From: Marsupella aquatica
Lineage: Eukaryota; Plantae; Marchantiophyta
NCBI GenBank assembly: GCA_973895155.1
Contig: OZ316891.1
Location: 25,543,899 to 25,607,898 of the forward strand
Length of the DNA stretch: 64,000 nt
Direction of reading: 5' to 3'
Shown: positions 51,384 through 64,000 of the stretch, piece by piece
Layout: each line of letters begins with the position of its first letter
Position numbering within the stretch: the stretch's first letter is position 1
The notes under the pieces: model-generated
Told to the model about the DNA's origin: nothing
Databases searched by the model: none
The model's input: the letters and a program-made list of their open reading frames with translations, nothing else
Position numbers and translations under genes: made by a program

Positions 51384-51890
51384 TCAATGATAGTCAACCC
51401 TCAAGTACTCAGGCAAGTACATTAAGTCATCTATGTCTAACCCAAGATCATGCCACGGTGGTCTACAATCTGTGCCTACAAGTAGTGGTTTCAATGCCTT
51501 CCATTGTGGGGACATGGCTACCAAGTCCCTCCATTGGGTACTAATGAGTCGATATTGGCATATGTCTTGAGCTGATGACATGGAAAGAACCCTAGGCCAT
51601 ATATTTGTGACTACTATATCATATGGCAAAACATGTAGCAAACTACTACATTCCTCATCATCCTCTTCACACCCTGCTTCACACTCATCTGCTGAAAAGT
51701 AAACCTCCCCCTCCCCCTCATCTGCCCTACCATACTGTACAACAGATTCAAGGTTGACAATGATTCTGCCACGTGAGGGTACACATTGCCGGATTACCAA
51801 ACCAACCAGCCAACCCACCACAACATACATCCATGTAGCCACCCGTATGAGGGGTCTACATATGGTGTGGCAGTCTGGAAAAAATGACAT
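51384..51890 (-). CDS. F-box-like protein with a hydrophobic N-terminal segment (CACTA cargo)
   Basis: LLHVLPYDIVVTNIWPRVL...ICQYRLISTQWRDLV; N-terminal WMYVVVGWLVGLVI. Confidence 0.6.
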   Translation of the reverse strand: MSFFPDCHTICRPLIRVATWMYVVVGWLVGLVIRQCVPSRGRIIVNLESVVQYGRADEGEGEVYFSADECEAGCEEDDEECSSLLHVLPYDIVVTNIWPRVLSMSSAQDICQYRLISTQWRDLVAMSPQWKALKPLLVGTDCRPPWHDLGLDIDDLMYLPEYLRVDYH

Positions 51891-52502
51891 ACCGAGTGTA
51901 GTGTTTCACCTCCAAAGTACATTTACTGGTGAGAACCTACAACATGGACACGACAATAAGCTCAGCTCCCTCATAATCTATACTTGCCACTTCGTAGTTG
52001 TCTGTGTTCATTCAGACAATTCACAGTCTGAGTTCATACTGTGAATTTTTATTTGCAGAAAGGTTTTACATTTTACATTTCATGTATTTAGGATGCTTCT
52101 TTCAAATCTGAAACTCTATTTCTACCCACACACAACAGGTTGAAGAAAATACCCCATTGACAATGCCCCATCCATGACACCCAATAGCCAAGACAATCGT
52201 ATAAACACTGGGTCCAAACAATTCAATCACATCCACAGTATTGACATCCATAAACATCAATTGGAATGGTCCTCATACTGGTATACAAAATAATTACCAA
52301 ATAAATAAATAGAGTTTGAGTACTTAAGATGTTTTAGGAAGCCTTAGTCAATTAAACCCGGAGCACTGTCTCCATGCTCGTGCTAACCATTCACACAGTT
52401 CACAAAATGTGTGATTATGACAAAACGTCATTGTTCCATTAACTAAGTGTATCAATGTCTGTAGTAGTATTGATCTATTTGAACCAAAATGGACCACATG
52501 AA

Positions 52503-53151
52503 TCAAAGCCAGGAGATGTGATCATGAGGCGCAGTGCCTAGAGCAGGGTCAATAGGATGGTCAAGACAGTAAATCATCCAACGTCCTTGGTCATTTGCAG
52601 TATGATGCCAGGGCACTCTGTTTGGTGCAAAACCTTGACGTTGACTCTCGGCTAGGCAAGTACGATGCCAAGTTTTGGGACATCTCAAACACTGCACGGC
52701 CTCTGCCAGATGAGGGTCACGATGGTCCTGATGGCATGCAACACATGTATGGATAGGGCAAGACTCCACATCAAGTGGCAAGCATCCATGACAATAAAAA
52801 TGAACACAGTATGGCTGGGGGCACTGCCTGGCTGCAGTAGAGACAACACCACACTGAAAACACCTGTTTGTCTTATCCTTATACTCTGGACAATACCAAG
52901 GATCATCATCCTTGCCTGCTGCAATAAATACGGCAGGGCACCTGCCAACAGCCTCACCAACTTTGGAAACATGGTGGAAGTGCTGATGGCAAGCCCCACA
53001 TGGCCAGATCTCCATGCCAGTCACAAATGCCACAAAGTTGGGGACTACATTGACGTTTCTCAATGTCTGACCACAATTCAATCATCAACACATCTTCCTC
53101 CTTTCTTGTTCGAGTATCATTCTTTCTGGCTTTATGCTTGGTCCTAGCCAT
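52503..53151 (-). pseudogene. Histone H3-tail-like N-terminus + EDM2/NSD-type PHD-finger cluster (one frameshift near 53005)
   Basis: MARTKHKARKN...CGICDWHGDL, then after the frameshift WPCGACHQHFH...WYCP...CFQCG...CVHFYC...CPIHTCVAC...CLRCPKTWHRTCL...IYCLDHPIDPALGTAPHDHI. This matches the plant EDM2 PHD module and its IYCLxHxIDxxLGTPxRDHI tail. Confidence 0.8.
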
Positions 53152-53784
53152 TATGACCACTGGACAATGAACAAGAAAACTTGAAGAGTTATTAAACTGT
53201 TACATTGGATGTCATAAAACACGTACTACCACATGCATATTGCAATCCAATGTGGGGCCAGAATACAGAGGACTCACCAACTGTACTCAACCAAGAGGAA
53301 GGCAATGAAATTGGGAGATTGTCTTGATCGATGTCAAATGTAGATCTCAATCTCCTCTCACGTCACAAGATGTAAAAACAAGGATTCATAATCTGCAACA
53401 ACACAAATGTGACACAAAAGAGTCATTGGACTACATACAGGCATCTGATGTTTAATTTCAAACTCCTTTTGTAACTAAAGGTTGCCTAATACTCATTTCA
53501 GAGTACTATTCTAATTCTGCAGTGGTAGGTTGGATTGCCATTGAACTCAGAAAAATATACCATCAAATCATTTTGTGTTGGTAAAATGAGATGAAGCATG
53601 TGGCAAACAAACTTACTGGAAATGAATTTCAGTTTATATACAGGGATGAATCCCTGAACGTTTTAAAAAACAAGCTCAGACAGGCTGAAGACTTTCCCAA
53701 TGCCAACAATTGGTCATTCTATTTACCCAAAGCAAAGTTATTTATTGCTATCTTGCGAGCACATCCATGAGAGTACAGGTGCAT

Positions 53785-53786
<2 letters not shown>

Positions 53787-53828
<42 letters not shown>
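53787..53828. repeat. (AG)21 microsatellite
   Basis: Perfect dinucleotide run. Confidence 0.98.
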
Positions 53829-53829
<1 letters not shown>

Positions 53830-56569
53830 ACATAGGATGAGCAGACAAAGAGAAACTATGAAGGAAGTGAGAGAGAGCTGCCAGAAAAGTGAGATTGCAA
53901 ATTGAGCAATTATGAGAGAGCAAAACACACGATTTAGCAAAGGATGTTTGTGTGCACATCTACGAATAGTTTGTGTCCAGGGCATTGCACTCCACAGAGA
54001 CGTTTGAACCAAAGAGCTTAGAAGCAATTGCCTACCATGCAGCAAACTTATAAACCAACTTCCCAGTGTTGTTACTGGCATGCAGTAAAGTCAACCTCAA
54101 GTTTTTTGACGCTTCTATCAATTCAGGAAAGTGGACACCGACAGCTCAATGTAGTTTTCAAGCGAATGGCTTCTTGTCTATAGACTCAAAATTTGTCTGT
54201 AGTTTAATTGTCAACCCGGGACGTGTAGAGCAAGACTACAAGACTCCATCCTGGACGTTCATTCCCGGTTTCAATGGGCATAAGGCACAAACTAGTTTGT
54301 CTTGTTAATATATTAAACTGGCCATAGTTAGAAACCAATATTCCTTCACATCCACATTTTAGCCCAAACCATGATCGGCCAAGAAGACTTGATCTGGCCA
54401 GATCTCTGTGTACAGGGCAATGAAGTAGAGCTCTCGATGAAACTGCCAATCAATCATAATCAGTTTGTCTCTATTTCAACTCTGAACCAGTAGACAGTCT
54501 CTATTAAATAGTTAACCCGGGACATGGAGAGGAAGACTGCACTCAAATTACCCAACGCAAAGACCAGTATGCTGAATAAGTAAACACCAACTCTGCACTC
54601 GGAGATTGCTCACAGCAATAGCACTTGGTTAGTTAGGGAAACTCACCTCGGTCCTTCTGATGTACTCAAGTGCCACAGAGCTAGATCACTTAGCTCCATT
54701 GTTGAAGGCTTAACTCGGCAACTTGATTGGAGGCAGCTTGTTGGCTTGACTCGGCAGCTTGATCGGAAGTAGCTTAAAGGGTTAACTCAACACCTTCATC
54801 AGAGGCAACACGGAAGTGTGAGATAGTAACAACAATGCACGGAATCACTTTGTAACAGACAACTGAAAACAAAAACATATTACCATACAAATCAATAGTA
54901 GATAGGTATAATGCACATTGCACAGAATAGAAGATCTAGCAATGGATCTGCTCAGAACAATTGCAAATGACATCCTCCACTCATTTCATTTGATGAGGAT
55001 GCAATCTGTTCCTGCTAACTCTTTTGCTAAATCTGTCTGGACTCAGCGTTACATGATTGACAACTAAGAATGAAATAACTAAGCAGTGAATAGATCAAAG
55101 GATTATGTTTAAAGAGAATCATGACAGATCTGCTGGTCATGCAACCTAATCAATTCTCTGGACCCATTCAAGCATATCACAACAACAGCAGATGGAGGAC
55201 AGGGATGCCAGCAGAGGGACGGAGGACAGGGCCAACAATAGTGAGTAGCAATGAACTCCAGCTCTACAAAACTTAATCACAGAACTTACTTGGTGAAGCT
55301 CCACTATTGAAAGTTGATAACTCGATTTCAATCTCAATGCAAAGGAAAGGAAAGCAGCTCAATTGGTGTGCAATCACAGCAGGCGCACTACAATGCACAG
55401 GTCACCCTAGGACTACCGTAAAGATGAATAATGAAACAAAGGTAGAGGAGCTAGACCCCGAGAGAAATGTATGCCACTACGAGAAAGCAACCTCCCTAGA
55501 TAGAATATCGCTTCACCAGCTCAGGGAGGAAGAGTGACACCTCGTGACAGTCTCTCCTACTACAGCAAGGACTGCTCAGCCCTGCATACTTCTACCGGGA
55601 CTTCTACAGCACTCTCGGTCTCCATGAGTGACCACTACTACAACCCAAAACTCCTTGCTTATAACATTGTGCACATTCGGGAAGCCATTGCACAGAACAA
55701 CCAAGACATTCAAACAACTAATATCAGCCGTGGACTTGTAGTAGAGAGCAAGTAGCTCGGTAGACAAGAGAAAACAAGGCGCAACTAAAGCTGGCCATGG
55801 AAAAGGAGACCCAACAGTTGTTTCAGGGAAGGATAGACCCAATACTTGGTTCAGGAAAGCTAAAAGAAATACAGAGCATGGCCAGGAAGTGAAAGAAGCA
55901 CAAAAGCTTCACTAACCTTGAAACAAAGGAATGGCAAGTATGCTGAGCCTCCTTTGACTACTTTTGCAAGCTCCTTCAAGCTGCAGTCCACCTTATGCAA
56001 CAGCAGCGCTTGCAGTAGCATAAGCCTCACTTGAATTGCTTGACAGCAACTCGGCCTCGATCAGCTTGACGGCAGTTCCAAGAGTAGACTTCCCGATGTA
56101 GTGTAGGAGCTAAAAGTCAAACAAGGGAGACCAATTCAGGCCATCTGCTTGGGCACTCACCCGCATCTCACGCGGATAAATGAACATTTTATTTCCCCGT
56201 CTCCACAATAGACATGACGGACTCTGCAATGAGTCCACGTACCCGTAATGATGTCCCACGATCAACACAAGTGACACGACTCACACTATTCACTCCACTG
56301 CCAATTAATTCTGCAGGGATACAGTCCTACTTCACACCAGCAACAATCATTTCTAAAAATCTTAGTGCAGAGTCTTAAGGAGAGAGCAAAGCAGGAGAAT
56401 AGTTCTCCAAAGTCCCCCCCCCCAACGCACACCTTCAAACGCTAACAAGTCACAGACTCTAGCAAAGAGTTTTCCAAGCAGAATCAAAAACAAACCGGGA
56501 AACAAACGCACCAATAAAAGCCAAGAAAAGCCAAGCAAAGCCAGGCGACTGACCTCCCAACGAGCACTC

Positions 56570-56635
56570 ACAACTCTAACAACTCAAGTCCAACTCTAAC
56601 AGTCCAACTCTAACAGTCCAACTCTAACAAGTCCA
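56570..56635. repeat. ~14-bp tandem repeat
   Basis: caactctaacagtc, about 4 copies. Confidence 0.85.
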
Positions 56636-58489
56636 GCGCGCATCGTGGGAGGTCGGCCACTTGGAAGCCTTACCATGATATTCCTTGAACCTACAATAGC
56701 ATTTGAGCTCACTGCATTTGAGCACCAGCAAGAGCTACCCTAAACGCCTCCCAAACTGCTGGTCGCATCTCAGTTGCCCAAAGCAGCAGCAGCCCAGCCA
56801 AAAGTCAAACTTAAAGGCACAAATTCCACATTTCCTGAAAGCAATACTCCCGTTAGTCTATAGATGTGCGCACATTCAGCCTATGTTAGAGATCAAAACC
56901 TGACATTGCCCGATTAGCCTCGACGTTTCCAGTGGGGAAATGCACTCCTCTGTTTGATCTCCGACAGGCTACAGCTGAATCGCAGCTCCACACTCAATTG
57001 CTCCGCACTCAATCACAGTTTGTGGCTCTGCAACTCTTGCCACTCCTGCACTCCGCACTCGCGCACTCCCACAACTCTGTGCTCCCGCAGCTTCGCACTC
57101 CCGTAGCTCCGTCGCGCAGCTCTGCACTCCACTTCAGAAAAAATCCATGAGCCTTGATCGCAGCACTAACTCCAGCGCACCATGCCCACATTCACTCCCG
57201 CAGCTTTGCACTCCACAAACTCAATCCATGAGGTGCAATTGCAGCCCTAAACTCCACAGCTCTGGAGGGAAAAAAAGCAGTGCAACCTTGCTAAACCCCT
57301 CCGCTCTCTTCTCCTAAACCCTTTGTGCTAGAGAGTAACCACAACATTCAGCATTTCACCTTGATACTTTGTCGGAAAAGTGGAACGCAACTCTTCCTCC
57401 AACGTAAGGCGGGTGCAAATAGCCGTTTGGCGCGAACCCGTACTCTAGACTTACTCTGACATGGAAGCGCCTAGGGTGATCTCAGCCATCGGATGAAGGG
57501 AGATTTCCCTGAGCGATCTCAATCATCAACATTGGGGAATTTGATGTTAACCCAAGGCCTCCGTTCCCTCTACTTAATTAACTGTCTGCATTTACACCCC
57601 AAGCCCCCAGGCCATCCCATCCCATCCCATCCATCCCTTATGTTATAAAGCCAACCCACTCACCCCCCAGGTTTTTTTGTAATGTAGTTTCACCCCAACG
57701 TTGCCCCTTGTCTAACCCCTACAAATAAGTGCTAAGTGGTGACTACCTGGCTCTTTCAAAGTAAAGCAAAAAATGAAGAACTTCCAATATGCCACCAACA
57801 ATGTTACCTAAGCAGGTGGTATAATTACTTGGGTAGTAAACATTTAATTTCTCGCAACGCTTTTTTAAGTGAGAAATGACATTATCCATGTGAGTCCTAA
57901 TGCGGGTCCTAATGCCAACCATTTATCCTAAACCACATTTTCATTTCTAGACTACCCTATGTGAATCACTTTTTGTCTATTGCCAATTTTAATACCTTAC
58001 TTACTCCTTGAAAGTGTGTAAATATATCATACAAAGCTTGAGAAGTAATGCTAGTGGTGCTACAAAATAATGCATTTTCTATGACACTCCCTTGAGAGAT
58101 ACGCTCAGTGTCCAGAAACCCCAAGCTTCTATGTACCCTATTTACACCGTGTTCCGGCCAGGATGTTGTTTTAAATTTTCTCTATGTTTTAATTACCCTT
58201 GGCACCATTCACTAAACTTCTTTGGCAATTTAATGGCTCGAACTTCGGAAAATCACCACATTCCAAGTGCTTTTGCCAGTCCCCTCGGAACCCACTACCT
58301 GGTGGCAAGTGGTTTAAGCAATGTATTACTCAAATGTTGGTGACATAGTTGCTGCACTTTGGTGAGAGTCCGATACTACATCACTTGTAGTGGTATTTAC
58401 AAGCTCTCCATCCCTTCCTTGATTGTAAGTTATTTGTAAATTACAACATTTATGTCATTTATCACTACTGACTAGGTGATGGTAGTAGC

Positions 58490-60475
58490 GACCACCACTT
58501 CATGAGAAGTTGTTTAGAAGGATGCATGATGTACCACCCCAGCCTGAGTGACAATGTTAGTCTCTAGAAATGAGGGCTTCAAAGCACATTGTTTTGAGTG
58601 GTTTCCGGAGTGACAAACTTACAAAGGATAATAAGAAGTGGACGGGGAAGTGGATCCACCTTGCAACAATTCTCGGAGGGCCACAATTGAAGGAGGAGGG
58701 TTGGGCCCGCCGCCATAACAATTTCTCCGTATTAGCCCCCCCATGGTGAAGACGTGGGACATCCCCATCACGTGTGCCAACTAGTTATAGCAACGACAAT
58801 GAGGTTGTGACGCATAAAATACCAAGGTGGAGAGATTTGAGACACACAAGTGGTGGAACATCATGAACTCCACACAAATCACTCCAAGACTCTACGGAAT
58901 TACAAATATGGAGCTTATGTGATGTGACACACAATTCACTCATTTTAGCACTAGTTCATGGTTTCGGATCACACTAAAGTGTGTTGCATCACTCAAATAC
59001 GGGTGCAATTTGTAGTCGCCAAAAGGCGAGGGCCTCAAAGGACCTTTTTCCGAGTCAATTGGGCGTGTACATATAAATACACTTCATTGCAAGTGTTTGC
59101 ACCCAATTTACTTCTCAACTCAAATAAAGGTGGTATCTTAAGTTGCATTTGCCCTAAACCCTAAAACCACCTCATTTGTAGTGGTTTGGGAACAACAATC
59201 ACCCTTGGACTACCACTTCATGACAAGTTGTTTCAAGGGATGCATGATGTACCACCCCAGCTTGAGTGATAGTGTTAGTTACTAGAAATGAGGGCTTTGA
59301 AGAACATAGTTTTTAGTGATTTGGGGAGTGACAAACCTACAATGGATAATAAGAAGTGGATCCACCTTGCCGCAATTCTCGGAGGGCCGCGATTAAAGGA
59401 GGAGGTTTGGGTCCGCCGCCATAAAAATTCCTCCATGTTAGCCCCCCCATGATGAGGCTGTGGGACACCCCCATCACGTGTGCCAACTAGTTATAGCAAC
59501 GACAATGAGGTTGTGACGCATAAAATGCCAAGGTGGAGAAATTTGAGACACACAAGTGATGGAACATCATGAACTCCACACAAATCACTCCAAGACTCTA
59601 CGGAATTACAAATATGGAGCTTATGTGATGCGACACACAATTCACTCCTTTTAGCACTAGTTCATGGTTTTGGATCACACTAAAGTGTGTTGCATCACTC
59701 AAATACGGGTGCAATTTGTAGTTGCCAAAAGGCGAGGGCCTCAAAGGACCTTTTTCCGAGTCAATTGGGCGTGTACATATAAATACACTTCATTGCAAGT
59801 GTTTGCACCCAATTTACTTCTCAACTCAAATAAAGGTGGTATCTTAAGTTGCATTTGCCCTAAACCCTAAAACCACCTCATTTGTAGTGGTTTTCCCCCA
59901 ATCACCCTAGGACTACCACTTCATGAGAAGTGGTTTAGAGGGATGCGTTATGTACCACCCCAGCTTGAGTGATAGTGTTAGTTGCTAGAAATGACGGCTT
60001 TGAAGAACATGGTTTTTAGTGATTTGGGGAGTAACAAACTTACAATGGATAATGAGAAGTGGATCCACCTTGCCGCAATTTTGGGAGGGCCACGATTAAA
60101 GGAGGAGGCTTGGGCCCGCCGCCACCACAATTCCTCCGAGTTAGCCCCCCCATGGTGAAGCCATGGGACACCCCCATCATGTGTGCCAACTAGTTATAGC
60201 AATGACAATGAGGTTGTGATTCAGAAATTGCCAAGGTGGAGAGATTTGAGGCACCCAAGTGATGGAACATCATGAACTCCACACAAATCACTCCAAGACT
60301 CTACGGAATTACAAATATGGGGCTTATGTGATGCATCCACACAATTCACTCCTTTTAGCACTAGTTCATGGCAAGTGGTCACACTAAAGTGTGTTGCATC
60401 ACTCAAATACGGGTGCAATTTGTAGTCGCCAAAAGGCGAGGGCCTGAAAGGACCTTTTTCCGAGTCAATTGGGCA
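58490..60475. repeat. ~705-720-bp tandem triplication in the CACTA subterminal region
   Basis: accacttcatga...gtaccacccc at about 58494, 59212 and 59915; near-identical ORFs 58958-59164 and 59664-59870 lie 706 bp apart. Confidence 0.95.
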
Positions 60476-61520
60476 CCTGTTGTGTAGTTGTTTGGGTACA
60501 ATTTGTAAAAATAAATTGTTTGTCGCTATAATTCCGGTGGCATGCATATCGTGACTGAAAATGTGTGTTGATAATGACATCATTGGGAGAGGTTTGGGAC
60601 ATCACAAGATAATCTGTTCAATTTTCAGTCATTTGTCAAAATTGTTTTGACACTCTAATGTTGGTGGCATTTGTAGTGGCAAAATGTATTTAAAGAATGA
60701 CATTATTCATAGTGATTTCTGAGAATGGAAAATGATCTACTTTATTTCAAGTCATTTGCAAGGTCCTGCATTGACACTCTACTCTTAGTGGCATTTGGAG
60801 TCACTAAAATGTGCGAAGACAATGACATTCTTTAGAGTGATTTTGGACTAAGGAGGATGTGGCACTTGGTTTGAAGTTGCATCAAATAATATTTATTGGA
60901 CTCTAATATTAGTGGTATTTGTAATCAGACAATTTGTGATAATAATGACTTTATTTAAAGAAATTTTATACATTGACAATTATTTCACTCAATCTTAAGT
61001 TGTTTGTAAGAATTTCCTTGTCACTAAAATATTTTAAGTGATTTTACCAAAATTCATTTGTGACTCCACTATTGGTGATATTTATAGTAACAAAATGTGT
61101 GCTCACAAATGACATTATTTCAAGTAATTAAAATCACTTGGAAAAGATTCACTTGGTTGGGAGTTGATTGAAAAAGCACCTTTACCATTCAAATATTGGT
61201 GGTACTTGTATTTGTAGTGGTTTCGGCCAGTAGTAAAATCTTAGTTGAAAATAGAGTGTTAAACATCAACGGTGTAGTGGACGGTGGATTGTAGTGATTT
61301 GTAAATTTGTGTAATATACAACTCTAATTCAAGTGATCTAAGTTTTAGTGGCAAAAAAAAGAGTTGTAATCAGTGATTAAGGTAACATAGTTCTAAGTAG
61401 AGTAATAAAATGCAGATTATTACAACTTATTAAGAAAACAGTGGTTGGCACCATGTATGAGTTATTTAGGCAAAGTAGTTGCAGGGCCTGTAGTAGTAAA
61501 ACACAAGTTTTCTTCTAGTG

Positions 61521-61650
61521 GAATCTAAAGTAGATGCTATTAAAACATTAAGTGGAACCATGGAAGGCTAGAACAACAGCTCAAGTACAGATTAGAATCT
61601 AAAGTAGATGCTATTAAAACATTTAGTGGAACCATGCAAGGCTAAAACCC
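61521..61650. repeat. 74-bp tandem repeat, right part
   Basis: gaatctaaagtagatgctattaaaacatt...gtggaaccatg, 2 copies, in register with 42893-42983. Confidence 0.9.
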
Positions 61651-61679
61651 CGACTAAAACTGGTTGGGATGCTTGATAC

Positions 61680-62896
61680 CTTTTCCCAATGCCCAGGCTT
61701 GGTTGGGTTTACAATGCCAAAAACCCAATTTCCATAGTCCTCAGAGTTAATGTAGAACCCCACTTCTTCACGAATATCACGTAAGCCCCAATTTTTGCCA
61801 ACGTCCAAATTGATACATGTTCCATCCAAAAGTTCAACCTCAAGACTCATCATTTCCACCGCATCTGACTGGTCCTTCACAAGTCGTTCACAAACATATC
61901 CGAAAGTAGTGTACAACATTTGCCGACCAACATGGTATCTAAAAGTGATAGACAATTGAAGAACTTGACATTTAATGATATCACTTGCAGCCTCTCTTTT
62001 AACATCCCAACCTGGATCCATGAGAGATGCAAGTAGATCTTCTGAGACTGGTTTAAAAACATAAAATGTCTTGGTTTGTCGCATTCCAATGTCCACTTGG
62101 ACATGAAATAGATCGACCATGATGTGGAATGGCATGAACCAGTTAATTCTACAAACACGACCACCTGTGCTGGGTTTCATTGCCATATGAAAGTCAGAAA
62201 ACAGTCTAGCACAAAAGGACTCAGTAGTACTCATGTCGGGAATTGGCCATGATGGGTCATCAAATGAAGGAAGTGGTATTGGTATAAGTTTCCCAAACTT
62301 TCCTTTTCCCAAAGGTGGTACATAAGAAGCATCATAAAATAAAATGCCTGATTCTAGCAACTCCTTATGGGTTCGGGTTCCTCGCATTGCTTCACCAATA
62401 ACTCCATGTACCACCACAACCAAATCTAATATAGAATTTGGGTCCTGCCAATCTTCATATTTTGTGGGGTGGAGATCTGTTAGTAGCAAAAAAACAATAA
62501 TATCATTAGTAAATATTTGATGCCTACTAATAACTAATGGCAGTTTGCTTAGATAGTTTTATTGCACTGAAAGTAACTTATATATAGGGATCAGAAATTA
62601 CACTTACAATTCACCCGGTTGTTGGGTACACCATGTTGACAACGTGACTCCAACTGCAACTGCCGGGGACAATATGCATGTGCAACCAATATAGATTGTA
62701 ACACTACTGAATTTGTGGCAAACTTGAACTTCTTTACTTGAGCTATAAAATGTTGTTTAGCCCATGGTCCTCTCTTTGGTGGATTTAAAGTAATCCAAGA
62801 GTCGATCTCAATTTTTTTTGGAATCCAAACATGGTCGCTATCCCCTTTAATGTGGATGAGCATTGATTGGATCTCTGAACGAGGCCGCTTTGCCAT
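61680..62896 (-). CDS. Spliced gene for a BAH-like domain protein with a possible C-terminal ubiquitin-like fold; the downstream intron is interrupted by the CACTA
   Basis: Exon 62896-62608 (phase-1 donor gtaagt) joins exon 62476-61680 in frame: HFIAQVKKF...VAHAYCPRQL...NYLHPTKYEDWQDPNSILDLVVV...FYDASY. LEVELLDGTCINLDVGKNWGLRDIREEV follows. Confidence 0.5.
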
Positions 62897-64000
62897 CGTA
62901 GACTCCCTCGCTCCGATGTCTCACAATTCTCTACCCAGATGATCTGCTTCCTTCCGGCTGGACTCTAGAAAGTCGTTCGTCATGAATGGAGCTCCAACGG
63001 CTGGACTCTGGAAAATTGTCCATTATGAATGGAGAGCTCCCATGTCACAAGGGATGAACTGCGATTGAGTAAGGAAGGAGAAGCTTGCACAACGGCATGC
63101 AACAAAGCTCAATACTAATGATTGCACAAGGACATGCGATGAAGCTCAATTCTATCACTGACTGTGCTTTCGATTGGGCATAAAGGAACTTTGATAATTA
63201 ACTTTGAAAATAGAATCCATGACAAGGGAACGGAACAGGGATTGATTGAACGACACACTGGGATCAAAGCAAGTCTGGGCAATAATCCGTCGTAAATGTT
63301 GTCGTTTCGGTACAGTAGGAACAGATCAACACCAAGTCGAGCTTGGAAAATGATTTAACTCAAAAACGCAGGCCCTGCGGTAGCCACGAGGGACGCAGAC
63401 TTAGCGGTAGCCATGAGGGATGCAGACCCTAAATTTTCTGAACCGGAGGTCAAAATAGGAAGCTGCGACGTAATGTTGACAAAAATTGCAATAGGGTGGG
63501 GGCAGAATGGAACGGAACCGTAGCTCAAGTCTGGGTGGGGGCAGAACGGAACCGCAGCTCGACACAAGCAAACTGACAAAGAAACGAGTATGAAAAATGA
63601 ACAAACAGTGCTGCCAGCATCCGCCTTTGCTCAGAGACCCTCAAGACAACCGGTTCCACAGAATGATTGTGAGCCTGAAGTATGTACTGTCATGGGGGGT
63701 TTTCACACACCGTCTCGTCCATGAAGCTCGATAGGTTGACGGATACGACATGAGTAATCAAGAGCCGGCTCAGGATGTCTAGATTCAGAAGCGTAAAGAG
63801 CAGGTATGAGCTATGAAAGTCATCTCATTTCTAATCTTCTTCATCCTGAAACAACCAAAGAAGTAGCCCACCAATTCGAGCAGCTCATTCAATGATTAGC
63901 AGTGAAACTGCAACACATACAGAGGAAGCTAAATGGAAATCCGAGTTGCAATTTACTCGATTGAGCTTCGACAATCGGCAGCAAATTGCAGGTTTCAGTA

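Larger units (their letters stand above)
42984..61520 (-). mobile_element. CACTA/En-Spm DNA transposon, 18.5 kb
   Basis: Left end CACTAGAAGGAAATTGG; right end, as reverse complement, CACTAGAAGAAAACTTG. 3-bp TSD GAA at 42981-42983 and 61521-61523. Contains TnpD and TnpA-like genes. Confidence 0.95.

Noticed and set aside
53119-53151. Histone H3 or CENH3 gene
   Set aside because: Only about 10 N-terminal residues match; no histone fold follows.
53719-54081. Hydrophobic ORF with an SLSLSL run
   Set aside because: Translation of the (AG)n microsatellite region.
58958-59870. Two near-identical 68-aa ORFs
   Set aside because: By-products of the 706-bp duplication; no motif.

Overview
This is a transposon-dense eukaryotic window, most likely from a land plant: it has GT-AG introns, TTTAGGG telo-boxes, Bianca-type Ty1/copia, CACTA and MULE elements, and an EDM2-type PHD cluster. 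No intact housekeeping gene is evident. From left to right it holds: (1) a Tc1/mariner-like MITE (32-624); (2) two full-length minus-strand Bianca-lineage Ty1/copia LTR retrotransposons with 5-bp TSDs (714-6981 and 13318-19100); (3) unidentifiable coding relics; (4) a truncated RAG1/Transib-like ORF (20313-21419); (5) a ~19-kb TIR-bounded Mutator-like element (21422-40472); (6) a BRCT relic and two orphan CACTA right ends; (7) an 18.5-kb CACTA element (42984-61520, TSD GAA) inserted into a 74-bp intronic repeat of a BAH-like gene. There are two candidate novel systems. First, the MULE pairs a GCM/DDE/SWIM transposase head-to-head with a multi-exon gene encoding a ParB-like domain and a catalytically degenerate N4/N6 DNA-methyltransferase fold, probably continuing into a Ulp1 protease. 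It also carries two F-box genes, and its non-coding DNA is filled with a 21-bp palindrome (TCTCGG-N9-CCGAGA), suggesting a VANC- or parS-like protein/site system. Second, the CACTA carries a histone H3-tail mimic (MARTKHKARKN) fused to EDM2-type PHD fingers, plus an F-box. Most cargo genes in these copies carry stops or frameshifts. All domain calls were made by eye from motifs and need profile searches.
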